From contig JAZRBW010000101.1 in the NCBI GenBank assembly GCA_045635305.1, positions 28,749-92,748 on the forward strand: a DNA stretch of 64,000 nucleotides, in the 5' to 3' direction. Source of the DNA: Faecousia sp. GTDB taxonomy: Bacteria > Bacillota > Clostridia > Oscillospirales > Oscillospiraceae. Positions 17,608 through 26,851 of the stretch are shown piece after piece; position 1 is the stretch's first letter; each line of letters opens with the position of its first letter. The translations under genes were made by a program, and so were the position numbers. Below the pieces are notes generated by a model. The model worked only from the letters and a program-made list of their open reading frames with translations. It searched no databases and had not been told where the DNA came from.

Positions 17608-18969
17608 ATGGCAAAGACAAAAACCGTCTTTTTTTGTACCCAATGCGGCAATGAAACGCCAAAATGGCAAGGAAAATGTCCTGCCTGCGGCGCATGGAAT
17701 ACGCTTGAGGAGCATATTGAGCGTCCGGTGGCACCCGGCAGAGCAAAAGTCTCACCAGCTGGTGTTGCCAGAAAGCCAAAGACCATTTCTCAGGTCGACA
17801 GCGGCGACGAGATCCGGTTTTCTACCGGTATGGGAGAGCTTGACCGTGTACTTGGCAGCGGCGCCGTGGAGGGCAGTCTGGTGCTTGTGGGCGGTGCACC
17901 CGGCATCGGAAAATCCACCCTTTTGCTGCAGATTTGCAATGCGCTGTGCGCTGAACGAAAGGTTCTTTACGTTTCCGGCGAAGAAAGCGAACGACAGCTG
18001 AAGCTTCGGGCCGAACGACTCCGTGTTTCACCCGAAAACCTATATATTCTGGCTGAAAACAGACTGTCTGATATTCTGACCTGTGTTGAGGATGAAAAAC
18101 CTGATGTTCTTATCATAGACTCTATTCAGACTATGTATTCCGATGAAAACGAATCCTCTCCGGGTTCTGTTTCTCAAGTAAAGGACTGTACGATGCACTT
18201 GATGCAACTGAGCAAGAGTGATGGCATTACAGTCTTTGTGGTGGGTCACATTAATAAGGACGGCAATATCGCCGGCCCGAAGGTTCTGGAACACATGGTG
18301 GACTGCGTACTCTATTTTGAGGGAGATCCAAACACCTCCTACCGACTGCTGCGCGCCGCAAAAAACCGCTTTGGTTCCACCAATGAAATCGGTGTCTTTG
18401 AGATGCTGGACAGCGGTTTGAAAGAAATTCCGAATCCCTCCCAAATGCTTCTGGAGGGCAGACCGGAAGGTGCTTCCGGCACCTGTGTTGCCTGCGTGAT
18501 GGAAGGCACACGTCCCATTTTGGCTGAAGTGCAAGCTCTGGTCAGCAAAACCAGCTTCAATGTGCCACGCAGAACCGCCGATGGCTTTGATTTCAACCGT
18601 GCTGCACTGTTGCTGGCAGTAACAGAAAAGCGGGCCGGTATGAAGCTGAGTATGTTCGATGCCTACATCAATGTCATAGGCGGTTTGCGTCTGGATGAGC
18701 CGGGAGCAGATTTGCCCGTAGTTCTTGCGGTTGCCTCGTCCTATCGGGACGCCGCCATTGCTGATGATCTGGTAGCGATCGGCGAAGTGGGTCTGACCGG
18801 TGAAATCCGTTCTGTTTCACACATGAATCAAAGATTGCAGGAAGTTGCCAGATTGGGGTTTAAGAAGATAATTATTCCAAAATACGGTTCAGAAAAGTTA
18901 GAAATTCCGAAGCAACTGCAAGTTTTTAAAGTACGCAATCTGCGGGAGGCCATCGAAATGGCTATGTAA
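17608..18969 (+). CDS. radA: DNA repair protein RadA/Sms
   Basis: C4 zinc finger, GAPGIGKSTLL, KNRFG, Lon-like C-terminus; TTGACT-N17-TATAAT promoter just upstream. Confidence 0.96.
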   Translation: MAKTKTVFFCTQCGNETPKWQGKCPACGAWNTLEEHIERPVAPGRAKVSPAGVARKPKTISQVDSGDEIRFSTGMGELDRVLGSGAVEGSLVLVGGAPGIGKSTLLLQICNALCAERKVLYVSGEESERQLKLRAERLRVSPENLYILAENRLSDILTCVEDEKPDVLIIDSIQTMYSDENESSPGSVSQVKDCTMHLMQLSKSDGITVFVVGHINKDGNIAGPKVLEHMVDCVLYFEGDPNTSYRLLRAAKNRFGSTNEIGVFEMLDSGLKEIPNPSQMLLEGRPEGASGTCVACVMEGTRPILAEVQALVSKTSFNVPRRTADGFDFNRAALLLAVTEKRAGMKLSMFDAYINVIGGLRLDEPGADLPVVLAVASSYRDAAIADDLVAIGEVGLTGEIRSVSHMNQRLQEVARLGFKKIIIPKYGSEKLEIPKQLQVFKVRNLREAIEMAM

Positions 18970-18989
18970 ACCGATGGTTGAGTGCGCTA

Positions 18990-19031
18990 AAAATCCCGGT
19001 CATTGTATTTTGACCGGGATTTTGCTATTGT
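18990..19031 (+). terminator. Terminator hairpin with an overlapping sigma-A-like promoter
   Basis: Stem AAAATCCCGGTCA/TGACCGGGATTTT; loop carries TTGTAT, with TATTGT 17 nt downstream. Confidence 0.65.
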
Positions 19032-19069
19032 ATAGTTGCAAGCTCGAAAACATGTAAGGAGAGTATGAT

Positions 19070-20101
19070 ATGGAGATCGGAAATCAAATCAAAAACCTGC
19101 GTCAGCAGCGTGGAATCACCCAGGAGTCCATGGCGAAGCATTTCGGCGTCACTGCCCAGGCTATCAGCAAATGGGAGAGGGGCGTGGCTATGCCAGACAT
19201 TTCACTGCTGCCGGATCTGTCCTCCTATTTTGGCGTGACCATCGACACGCTGTTTGCACTGTCCGATGAAACCCGTATGGAACGGATCCAAAATATGCTT
19301 TGGGATGTGCGCTATTTGAACGAGGCAGATGTGGAAGCATCCCGTACTTTTTTACTGGACAAAGCGAAACGGGAACCAAACAACGGCAGACCACACGAAT
19401 TACTGGCAGATATGGAAAACCATATTGCAAGAGAGCATAAGTCGAAAGCTGCAGAATATGCCATGGAAGCGCTGCGACGTGATCCCAACAGGCGAAATGC
19501 CTACGGCGAACTGATCTATGCCATGGACGGCAAAATCGCTGATTGGAACGGATGCAGCCATTATGCGCTCATTGACTTCTTCAGAGAATACATTCAGCAG
19601 CATCCAACCTGCAGAAATGCCCACATGGACATCATCGATCAACTCCTGGACGATTACCGCATCGCTGAAGCGCAAACCTACTGGAAACAACTGGCATCCT
19701 TCGATACCAGCTACCGAGTTCTGCTATATAAGGGAAAAATCGCATGGCAAGAAGGAAATCGCAAAGAAGCTTTTGAAATTTGGCAACAAATGGAGCGGGA
19801 ATTCCCTGAAGAATGGTGTGTTTACCACAATATTGCAGACTATTTACTCCGTGATGGCCAAAATGAACGTGTTGCGGCTTATTATCGTAAAGCAATCGAT
19901 ATTCAGAAAGCGCCGCGTTTTACCGATCCATTTGAGGCGTTGGCGCAATTCTACGATCGAATTGGTGACTACGGCGCTGCCATTGCCACGTTGCAGGAAG
20001 ACTTAGCGGTATTCGACAAGGAATGGAACTTTACCGAAGGAGAAAGTGCAGATATAATTCGCCGTGAAATTGCCCGCCTGGAAAAGAAGCTGAACCGCTA
20101 A
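19070..20101 (+). CDS. XRE-family HTH regulator with C-terminal TPR-like repeats
   Basis: TQESMAKHFGVTAQAISKWERG..PD HTH followed by helical TPR-like repeats. Confidence 0.85.
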   Translation: MEIGNQIKNLRQQRGITQESMAKHFGVTAQAISKWERGVAMPDISLLPDLSSYFGVTIDTLFALSDETRMERIQNMLWDVRYLNEADVEASRTFLLDKAKREPNNGRPHELLADMENHIAREHKSKAAEYAMEALRRDPNRRNAYGELIYAMDGKIADWNGCSHYALIDFFREYIQQHPTCRNAHMDIIDQLLDDYRIAEAQTYWKQLASFDTSYRVLLYKGKIAWQEGNRKEAFEIWQQMEREFPEEWCVYHNIADYLLRDGQNERVAAYYRKAIDIQKAPRFTDPFEALAQFYDRIGDYGAAIATLQEDLAVFDKEWNFTEGESADIIRREIARLEKKLNR

Positions 20102-20141
20102 TCAACATGATTGGCACGCACAAAAGCATCTGCGAAAAGCA

Positions 20142-20166
20142 GTAGGGGAGGGGCAATGCCCCTCCC
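20142..20166 (+). repeat. GTAG-family REP-like palindrome
   Basis: GTAG-GGGAGGGGCA-A-TGCCCCTCCC. Confidence 0.65.
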
Positions 20167-20216
20167 AGTCATTATAATATAAAATGTTCGGAATATCAGC
20201 AAATAGTATCAATTTA

Positions 20217-21224
20217 CTATCCATTTTCATCAGAAAAATCTAATTTGGACAGTGGGTTTGCCTGCGCTGCAAGCTTCAATTCCGTATTCTCAATGTGGGT
20301 ATAAATCTGTGTTGTATTCAGATTTTCATGACCCAAAACTTCTTGAACTGTTTTTACATCCACACCGCCGGAAAGCATCATGGTGGCTGCGGTATGGCGC
20401 AATTTATGTGCTGAAAACTGTGTAGAATCCAAGCCTGCCTCTAACAGCGCTTTTTTGACTAACCGGTGCACGGCATCCGTAGATATACGGTTATTATTGC
20501 GAGAACCAAAAAGCGCCTTATTATCTGTGAGAATTTTTTTGTTGCGTTCGGGCAAGTAGGCATCAATAGCCTTTCGGCAGGGAGTGCCAAAGTATACAAA
20601 ACGTTCCTTGTTACCTTTACCAACCACACGAATTCGATCCTCATACACATCAGAAATGTTCAGACCAACCAACTCACTGCGTCGAATGCCGCAGTTCAAA
20701 AACAGCATCAAAATTGCGTAATCACGCTTTGCGTTTGGACCTGAAACAGCTTGCAGAAGTGCTGCAGATTGCTCCATGGTCAGATATTTCGGCAGTGACT
20801 TACGAAGCTTCGGATACTCCAAATCCGCTACCGGATTGTCCACCAATTGCTTGGTACGAACAGTTAGATATTTAAAAAATGATTTAATTGCAGAGAGCTT
20901 GCGCGCACGTGAGGAACTGGAAATACCGTGATCCGGCGCAGCGGAGTCTGGATTGATCGGGCGATCGTTTGCAAGATAGGATAGAAAATCGAACACATCT
21001 GACGTTGTGATTTGACTGATGAAGTTAATATCTATGTCTTTTATTGGAATGTCATCCAACCTGGTCGTGATCGGCATATCATTGCGCATCAGTTTGATGA
21101 AACGCAGGAACATACGAAGATCCAAATGGTATTCAGAAATTGTTAGCTGAGACTGACCTTTAATATTTTCATGATAAATAAGGAACTCACGTAAAACCTG
21201 CGGACAATCGCGATAATGCTGCAT
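20217..21224 (-). CDS. Tyrosine recombinase, XerC-like / possibly XerS-XerH-type (335 aa)
   Basis: Full catalytic set: GIRRSEL (R), GKGNKER (K), HKLRH, LGH, TQIY; N-terminal domain longer than in canonical XerC. Confidence 0.9.
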   Translation of the reverse strand: MQHYRDCPQVLREFLIYHENIKGQSQLTISEYHLDLRMFLRFIKLMRNDMPITTRLDDIPIKDIDINFISQITTSDVFDFLSYLANDRPINPDSAAPDHGISSSSRARKLSAIKSFFKYLTVRTKQLVDNPVADLEYPKLRKSLPKYLTMEQSAALLQAVSGPNAKRDYAILMLFLNCGIRRSELVGLNISDVYEDRIRVVGKGNKERFVYFGTPCRKAIDAYLPERNKKILTDNKALFGSRNNNRISTDAVHRLVKKALLEAGLDSTQFSAHKLRHTAATMMLSGGVDVKTVQEVLGHENLNTTQIYTHIENTELKLAAQANPLSKLDFSDENG

Positions 21225-21266
21225 AAACAGACCCCCTAAGCAATTGAATTGCATACACCTCGTTCT

Positions 21267-21296
21267 AACGCAACAAAATTTTTATTTTGTTGCGTT
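21267..21296. other. Symmetric dif-like site / recombinase operator
   Basis: AACGCAACAAAA-TTTTTA-TTTTGTTGCGTT (perfect arms, 6-bp spacer) in the 5' leader of the recombinase gene. Confidence 0.55.
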
Positions 21297-21306
21297 CGTT
21301 GCATTC

Positions 21307-21335
21307 AGTATAACGCATTCCCTCTCTATTGTCAA
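21307..21335 (-). promoter_or_regulatory. Sigma-A promoter of the XerC-like recombinase
   Basis: TTGACA-N17-TATACT on the minus strand. Confidence 0.8.
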
Positions 21336-21340
21336 GATAG

Positions 21341-21376
21341 AAAATCCCGGGTAAGAATTCAGTCTTACCCGGGATT
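21341..21376 (-). terminator. Terminator of the esterase/ATP-grasp operon
   Basis: AATCCCGGGTAAG/CTTACCCGGGATT stem followed by T run on the minus strand. Confidence 0.8.
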
Positions 21377-21384
21377 ATCAAACT

Positions 21385-22578
21385 TTACCAAGTAGCAATC
21401 AGATCACGGTAGTAGTGCATCATCTCTTCTTCGCTATCGAAGTTGCAAAGATACATCTGATTGGCCATCAGTGCAGACAACGCATCAGGCACACGGCTGG
21501 TCATCTTCAGGCAATGACCGTATTTGCGCAGAATATCGTCATGGGACATTCTATAGTTACGATAGTCCCTGCGGCCAACGAATGCGCCATAATGGTGAGG
21601 CCGATCCATAGGCATAGTATTGCAATCGAATGCAATCATATCTGCCCAGATCTTATATACATCCGTTTCATAGGCGTAGTTATACATCTCTGGCGTATAA
21701 CCACCGGACGGACGCATATTCACCTCAAGACCGATCACATCGCCTTCTTTACCCAGACCATCCTGATCCTCGCGCAGCACAAAGAACTCAAAGTGGACAA
21801 AGCGGCTCTTGACACCGTATTCCTTTGCCACTGCCCTACCGGCCTTCAGAATCTTCTCGGGCATTTCCTTAACGATATAGTAAGTACATTCACTGCCATC
21901 ATTGACCACATCCATGCAGGAATTCGGAGTAATATTGCCAGATTCGAACAAAGGTTCGCCCTTGGAATTAATGATCGCATCGTAGGTCTGGACATAGCCC
22001 TTAACGAACTCTTCCATGATGTAAATATTGTCATCCTTATTGTCGATGAACCAGCGCAAATCCTCGTCGGACTTGATTTTATAAGTATTATTGGCACCGA
22101 CACCGTTATCAGGCTTTGCGACCACAGGATAGCCAACCTTCTGCACGAAGGCATATGCATCATCCCAACCGTCAACCAGATGGTAGCGGGCAGTGGGAAC
22201 ACCGGCGCGTGCATAGTATTCCTTCATTGCGGATTTCAGCTTCATGGGCTCCATATCTGCTTCCTTAAAGCCGGTGCAGATATTGAAATCCGTACGCAGT
22301 CTGGCATCTTGCATCAGCCAGTATTCATTATTGGACTCCAGATAGTCGATTCGGCCGTACTTGTGGATGAAGAATGCGACCGCACGATATACTTCATCAT
22401 AATTCTCAAGATTGCTGACCTTGTAGTACTCATGCAGCGCAAAACGCAGCTCCGGCAGCAATTCCTCATAGGGGCAATCGCCAATGCCGAGTACACGCAT
22501 TCCGTTTGCGCGCAACTGTTTGCAGAAATACCAATAATTCACAGGAAAATTCGGGGAAATAAACACAAAATTCTTCAT
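21385..22578 (-). CDS. ATP-grasp domain protein (predicted carboxylate-amine ligase)
   Basis: YPVVAKPDNGVGA, MEEFV, FVHFEFF and LEVNMRPSGG motifs. Confidence 0.85.
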   Translation of the reverse strand: MKNFVFISPNFPVNYWYFCKQLRANGMRVLGIGDCPYEELLPELRFALHEYYKVSNLENYDEVYRAVAFFIHKYGRIDYLESNNEYWLMQDARLRTDFNICTGFKEADMEPMKLKSAMKEYYARAGVPTARYHLVDGWDDAYAFVQKVGYPVVAKPDNGVGANNTYKIKSDEDLRWFIDNKDDNIYIMEEFVKGYVQTYDAIINSKGEPLFESGNITPNSCMDVVNDGSECTYYIVKEMPEKILKAGRAVAKEYGVKSRFVHFEFFVLREDQDGLGKEGDVIGLEVNMRPSGGYTPEMYNYAYETDVYKIWADMIAFDCNTMPMDRPHHYGAFVGRRDYRNYRMSHDDILRKYGHCLKMTSRVPDALSALMANQMYLCNFDSEEEMMHYYRDLIATW

Positions 22579-22591
22579 ATTATCAACTCTT

Positions 22592-23326
22592 TCAAAGAAA
22601 TTTAGGAACATAAACTTCGCACATTCTAAACCACCAGGGCCAGTTGTGGTCCACATCGTAGCCCCAGTATTCCACCTGTCCATGAATACCCTTTTGCCGC
22701 AGAACCGCCTCCAGGCGCTTTGTGCTGGCTACCAGCGGCTCTTCCCAGGCCCCCTGCCCTACCACAATCAGTATCTTGCGGTGATTGTACATGTCGATGT
22801 AATAGTGGTCATGGGGCATATTGGCCAGGTAATTGACAGGACAGTTTTGATATAGCAGATCGTCCATATAATCGCCGAAGAAATCCAGAGAATCATAGAC
22901 TGCTGAAATAGCAAAGACACTGTCAAACAAGTCTGGCCGGCGGAAGAACAGGTTCGCAGCGTGCATACCGCCCATGGAACAGCCAAAGGGCAGAATGTCG
23001 TGTCGGCCAGTAAAAGAGTGGATGACAGGTACGACTTCATCAACAATATAGTGATACCAGCGCTCATGATTTTCCGTACGCCAGCGATTATCGGAACCAA
23101 TGGCAGCCCAGGCAATATCGTCAAGGCAGTCTACGGAGAATACAGTACATCTGCCCTCTTCGATCCATTGCGCCCATGTGTCCAGCATCTTAAAGTTTTC
23201 AAAGTCGTAAAATCTGCCGCTCTGGCAGGGAATAAACAACACCGGCTTACCGCCGTGGCCATAAACTTTGAACTCCATTTCACGGCCAAGATGGCTGCTA
23301 TAGTGTCTGTGATATTGAATATTCAT
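22592..23326 (-). CDS. Esterase family alpha/beta hydrolase
   Basis: YGHGGKP, nucleophile GCSMGG, VGQGAWE and DVDHNWPWW motifs. Confidence 0.85.
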   Translation of the reverse strand: MNIQYHRHYSSHLGREMEFKVYGHGGKPVLFIPCQSGRFYDFENFKMLDTWAQWIEEGRCTVFSVDCLDDIAWAAIGSDNRWRTENHERWYHYIVDEVVPVIHSFTGRHDILPFGCSMGGMHAANLFFRRPDLFDSVFAISAVYDSLDFFGDYMDDLLYQNCPVNYLANMPHDHYYIDMYNHRKILIVVGQGAWEEPLVASTKRLEAVLRQKGIHGQVEYWGYDVDHNWPWWFRMCEVYVPKFL

Positions 23327-23350
23327 GGGATTCTACCTCAAATCTGTATA

Positions 23351-24106
23351 TTAAAGGCCAAGGCATTCCATAAAAATGGGAATCTGCTTTTCCCAGGATG
23401 CCTCGGAATGGTTTCCGTCAGGAACGATACGCATTGTCAGTTTCACCTGTTTGGCAAGCAGAAGATTGGCTGCAGCCAGCAAGGCACCGGTACTGGAATA
23501 ATGGTTGTCCAGCTCCTCGCTGCCGTAATCCATGTAGATACAGGTGTCCTGACGGACGTTGGCTTTGACGATCATCTGCATGGCCTTGTTGGCATTCACC
23601 CAAAGGCTGGGTGACAGGCAGGCAGCGCGCTGGAAGATATGGTTATAGGCACAAACGCCATACAGCGCCATCAATCCACCCATGGAAGAACCGGCAATGA
23701 TGGTATTTCTGCGATCAGGCAGCGTTCTGTAGTTGGCATCAATATAGGGCTTTAGTGTTTTCACCAGCCAGGTCATATAGGTCAGTCCCCTACCCTTGAT
23801 GCTGCCAAGCTGGGGCGCATGGAAGTTAAACGGAGAATACTCCTGCAGCCGTCCGTTGCCCTCATGATTACACTCAACGGCAACGATGATCAACTGCTTT
23901 CTGCTCTTATGCATATAATCGCGCATTCCCCAGGATTTGCCATAGGTAGCATCCGCGTCAAAAAACACATTATGACCGTCGAACATATACAGTACCGGAT
24001 AGCGCTGTTCGGGATTACGATTATAGCTTTCCGGCAAGTACAGATAAACACGCCGTTTGGTATTGCCACTAAGCTGCGGTATGGTAACATTCCATTTTTT
24101 AATCAT
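23351..24106 (-). CDS. Alpha/beta hydrolase (putative esterase)
   Basis: YPVLYMFDGHN, GSSMGG and HSEASW motifs. Confidence 0.88.
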   Translation of the reverse strand: MIKKWNVTIPQLSGNTKRRVYLYLPESYNRNPEQRYPVLYMFDGHNVFFDADATYGKSWGMRDYMHKSRKQLIIVAVECNHEGNGRLQEYSPFNFHAPQLGSIKGRGLTYMTWLVKTLKPYIDANYRTLPDRRNTIIAGSSMGGLMALYGVCAYNHIFQRAACLSPSLWVNANKAMQMIVKANVRQDTCIYMDYGSEELDNHYSSTGALLAAANLLLAKQVKLTMRIVPDGNHSEASWEKQIPIFMECLGL

Positions 24107-24142
24107 GGACGTATGCCTCCGAAATATGTACGAATTGCTATA

Positions 24143-24171
24143 ATTATATGACGGAAATGCACTTCTGTCAA
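24143..24171 (-). promoter_or_regulatory. Perfect-consensus sigma-A promoter of the esterase/ATP-grasp operon
   Basis: TTGACA-N17-TATAAT on the minus strand. Confidence 0.85.
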
Positions 24172-24304
24172 CCTGGGGCAACCTTTTTAAGAAATTTTTG
24201 ACAAGTTACTTGCCAAGAACTGCTGTAATTTTGCGAAAATTATCCTTTACAACCATTCCGATTCATAATAAAATATAGAAAACACAAATTCAGGAGGAAT
24301 TCTT

Positions 24305-25276
24305 ATGCAAATTAAGAGAATCGGCGTTCTGACATCCGGTGGCGATGCCCCCGGTATGAACCCCTGTGTCCGCTCAGTTGTGCGTACCGCTCTGTATCAC
24401 GGCCTGGAGGTTTACGGCATTCGACGGGGCTGGAACGGCCTGATTAACGGCGACATTATCAAGCTGGATCAGCGAAGCGTGTCCCACACCATCAACCGCG
24501 GCGGCACCATCCTCTATACCGCCCGCAGCAAGGAATTTATGACCGAGGAAGGTCAGCGCAAAGCTGTTTCCACCTGCAAATTTCTTGGGCTTGACAGTAT
24601 CATTGCCATCGGCGGTGACGGTACCTTCCGTGGTGCAAGAGCACTGAGCAAACACGGTATCAACGTGATTGGCATTCCCGGCACCATTGACAACGACATT
24701 TCCTGTACCAATTACTGCATTGGTTTTGATACCGCTGCCAACACTGCCATCGAGTGTATCGATAAGCTGCGCGATACCATGCAGTCCCATGAGCGCTGCT
24801 CCGTGGTAGAAGTCATGGGCCGTAACGCGGGCTATCTGGCAATGTATGTTGGCTTGGCAGTTGGCGCAACGGCCGTTCTTGTCCCCGAAAAGCCCATTGA
24901 TTTTGAGAGGGATGTGATCGAAAAGATCCGCTCTGCCCGCTTCAACGGCTTTACACACTACATGATCGTGGTGGCCGAGGGCGCAGGTTCCGCCGCCGAC
25001 ATTGCCGCTAAGATCAAGGAAGCCATTGATCTTGACCCCCGGGTGACTGTGCTTGGACATATCCAGCGCGGCGGCACCCCCACCGGGCGTGACCGTGTCA
25101 ACGCCACCAAAATGGGTTACCTGGCTGTAGAGCTTCTGCTGCAAGGAAAAAATAACCGGATCGTCTGCACCAACCGCGGCGGCTTTACCGATATTGACAT
25201 AGATGAAGCCCTGTCCATGAAAAAAAGCATCCAGCAAATGGAAGTGGATGTGCTGGCCGCCATGACCGGCCTTTGA
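24305..25276 (+). CDS. pfkA: ATP-dependent 6-phosphofructokinase
   Basis: TSGGDAPGMN, GGDGT, PGTIDND, EVMGR and LGHIQRGG motifs. Confidence 0.96.
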   Translation: MQIKRIGVLTSGGDAPGMNPCVRSVVRTALYHGLEVYGIRRGWNGLINGDIIKLDQRSVSHTINRGGTILYTARSKEFMTEEGQRKAVSTCKFLGLDSIIAIGGDGTFRGARALSKHGINVIGIPGTIDNDISCTNYCIGFDTAANTAIECIDKLRDTMQSHERCSVVEVMGRNAGYLAMYVGLAVGATAVLVPEKPIDFERDVIEKIRSARFNGFTHYMIVVAEGAGSAADIAAKIKEAIDLDPRVTVLGHIQRGGTPTGRDRVNATKMGYLAVELLLQGKNNRIVCTNRGGFTDIDIDEALSMKKSIQQMEVDVLAAMTGL

Positions 25277-25284
25277 TCTTACAT

Positions 25285-25322
25285 AAAACGACCAGCCCAA
25301 TGCGGGCTGGTCGTTCTTTTTT
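25285..25322. terminator. Bidirectional terminator
   Basis: AACGACCAGCCC/GGGCTGGTCGTT stem with A and T runs. Confidence 0.85.
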
Positions 25323-26850
25323 AGAATAGAAAAACGTGAAAATCAAAAATTATTTGCAAATCCTCATCAGTCAGATAGCCAGCCTCGTACGCCTGGCGCA
25401 AAGTAATCAATTCGCCATCAATTAGTACAGTTATCCGATTGTTGTTATTGTAGTAGAATTGATATTCGCCTACCTTATCAATATAGACACCGCCTGAACC
25501 GACATGGACGTTCAGCATACCAACAAGGGCATCACCAAACTTGCCGTAATAAGCCAGCAATTCTGTATCTGCCGCATCCGGGTTTTGACGATAGTACGCA
25601 CGGAGTAGATCCGCGCTGTCCGGATGCCAGTCACTAACAGAAAACTCCCTTACCCTAAGTTCAACAGATCTGGCCGGCATTTCAAAATCAAATTTCCAGT
25701 ACTGATCAACCACGATGGTGCAGCCTGTTATCTCCACACCGTCAGCAAACAGCATACAGCTCTTTTCTTTATCATAAGTGATCTTTATATGCACTGTTTC
25801 TCCAGGAATGTACCAACTTAGCAAGGGCTCATACAGATATGTACTATCGCTCATGCTAATGGTATAAACCTCAATAGCAGGCAAATCAGGCGTATCGATT
25901 TCAATACCGGCATCAGCATCACTGTAAGGAATGGATACCGTCATACTGGTCTGGCCTGCAACAAAATAGATCCTCTGCCCGTTCAATTTACTGGAATACC
26001 CATCTGGAACGGCAGTGATCCAGATATACGGCTGCGTATTGGTGTTGGGCAATTCGAATGTGATCTTGCCATTCGAATCGGAATACAAATAGGAATTGAT
26101 CTTCCCGGGATTCTCAATTTTTACGCGTGGGATCGGATTACCGTCGGGATCTGCAAATTGCACGGTATAGCTTGTATAAATCTCCTCCGTCTTATACAGC
26201 ACTATTGTCATGACATACCGGTTGGAACCAAAATACAGCTTTTCGTTCAGGGAAGAAAGGTTGTAGCCGGACGGCACAGAAATAACCTGAATGTAGGAAA
26301 TTTCGGCGTCGGAGTGAAGGGTAATGGCGCCATCCTGATTGGATTCCAAATATGGTGTTGAAGCATATGTAAGCGGATTTGCGATCTTCACACCTTCGAT
26401 GGGCTTATATTGACTATCGACAAACATAACCACATAGCTAAAAGCTGCCATAGGCGGCATTGTTTGAACGGTTGGCGGTGACGTAGTCTCCGGATTCTTG
26501 CCAATGGTGACATGGTCGGTAGTAGCAGGAGAGGCGGTACTCTCCCCTGCCAACCTAGACCAGTCAATCTCCATCAAAACCAGAACGAATACAAAGCAAA
26601 GCAACGCAAGAATCAACGGCAACAGGCGAATATATCTCTTCTTGGCAATAGTTTCCTGGGGCGCTGGCGGCGATGCAACCGCATCATTGCTTTCGTCAGT
26701 TAACGCTTCGTTTTCGGCAGAAAAGGCCGTTTCAACTGCCGCAGGTGCTCTGTAGATCCGGTCTCCCCAGATCGCGCCGCAGTCAGGACACAGAAAGTCA
26801 TTATCGGACATCCTCGTTCCGCATTTTCCGCAATATTTACTCATAGACAT
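25321..26850 (-). CDS. Zinc-ribbon single-pass membrane protein with two Ig-like repeats, an InlB-B-repeat-like domain and a C-terminal unknown domain
   Basis: CGKCG..CPDCG, TM, Pro/Thr linker, two Y.V.F.D....PI..VKI..S...G.IT..VP.GY repeats, then FEMPARSVEL. Confidence 0.75.
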   Translation of the reverse strand: MSMSKYCGKCGTRMSDNDFLCPDCGAIWGDRIYRAPAAVETAFSAENEALTDESNDAVASPPAPQETIAKKRYIRLLPLILALLCFVFVLVLMEIDWSRLAGESTASPATTDHVTIGKNPETTSPPTVQTMPPMAAFSYVVMFVDSQYKPIEGVKIANPLTYASTPYLESNQDGAITLHSDAEISYIQVISVPSGYNLSSLNEKLYFGSNRYVMTIVLYKTEEIYTSYTVQFADPDGNPIPRVKIENPGKINSYLYSDSNGKITFELPNTNTQPYIWITAVPDGYSSKLNGQRIYFVAGQTSMTVSIPYSDADAGIEIDTPDLPAIEVYTISMSDSTYLYEPLLSWYIPGETVHIKITYDKEKSCMLFADGVEITGCTIVVDQYWKFDFEMPARSVELRVREFSVSDWHPDSADLLRAYYRQNPDAADTELLAYYGKFGDALVGMLNVHVGSGGVYIDKVGEYQFYYNNNNRITVLIDGELITLRQAYEAGYLTDEDLQIIFDFHVFLF

Positions 26851-26851
26851 T

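Noticed and set aside
20167-20194. AGTCATTATAA-TATAAA-ATGTTCGGAAT as a canonical Firmicute dif
   Set aside because: Left arm and spacer are loosely similar, but the right arm lacks the TTATG start at the correct spacing.
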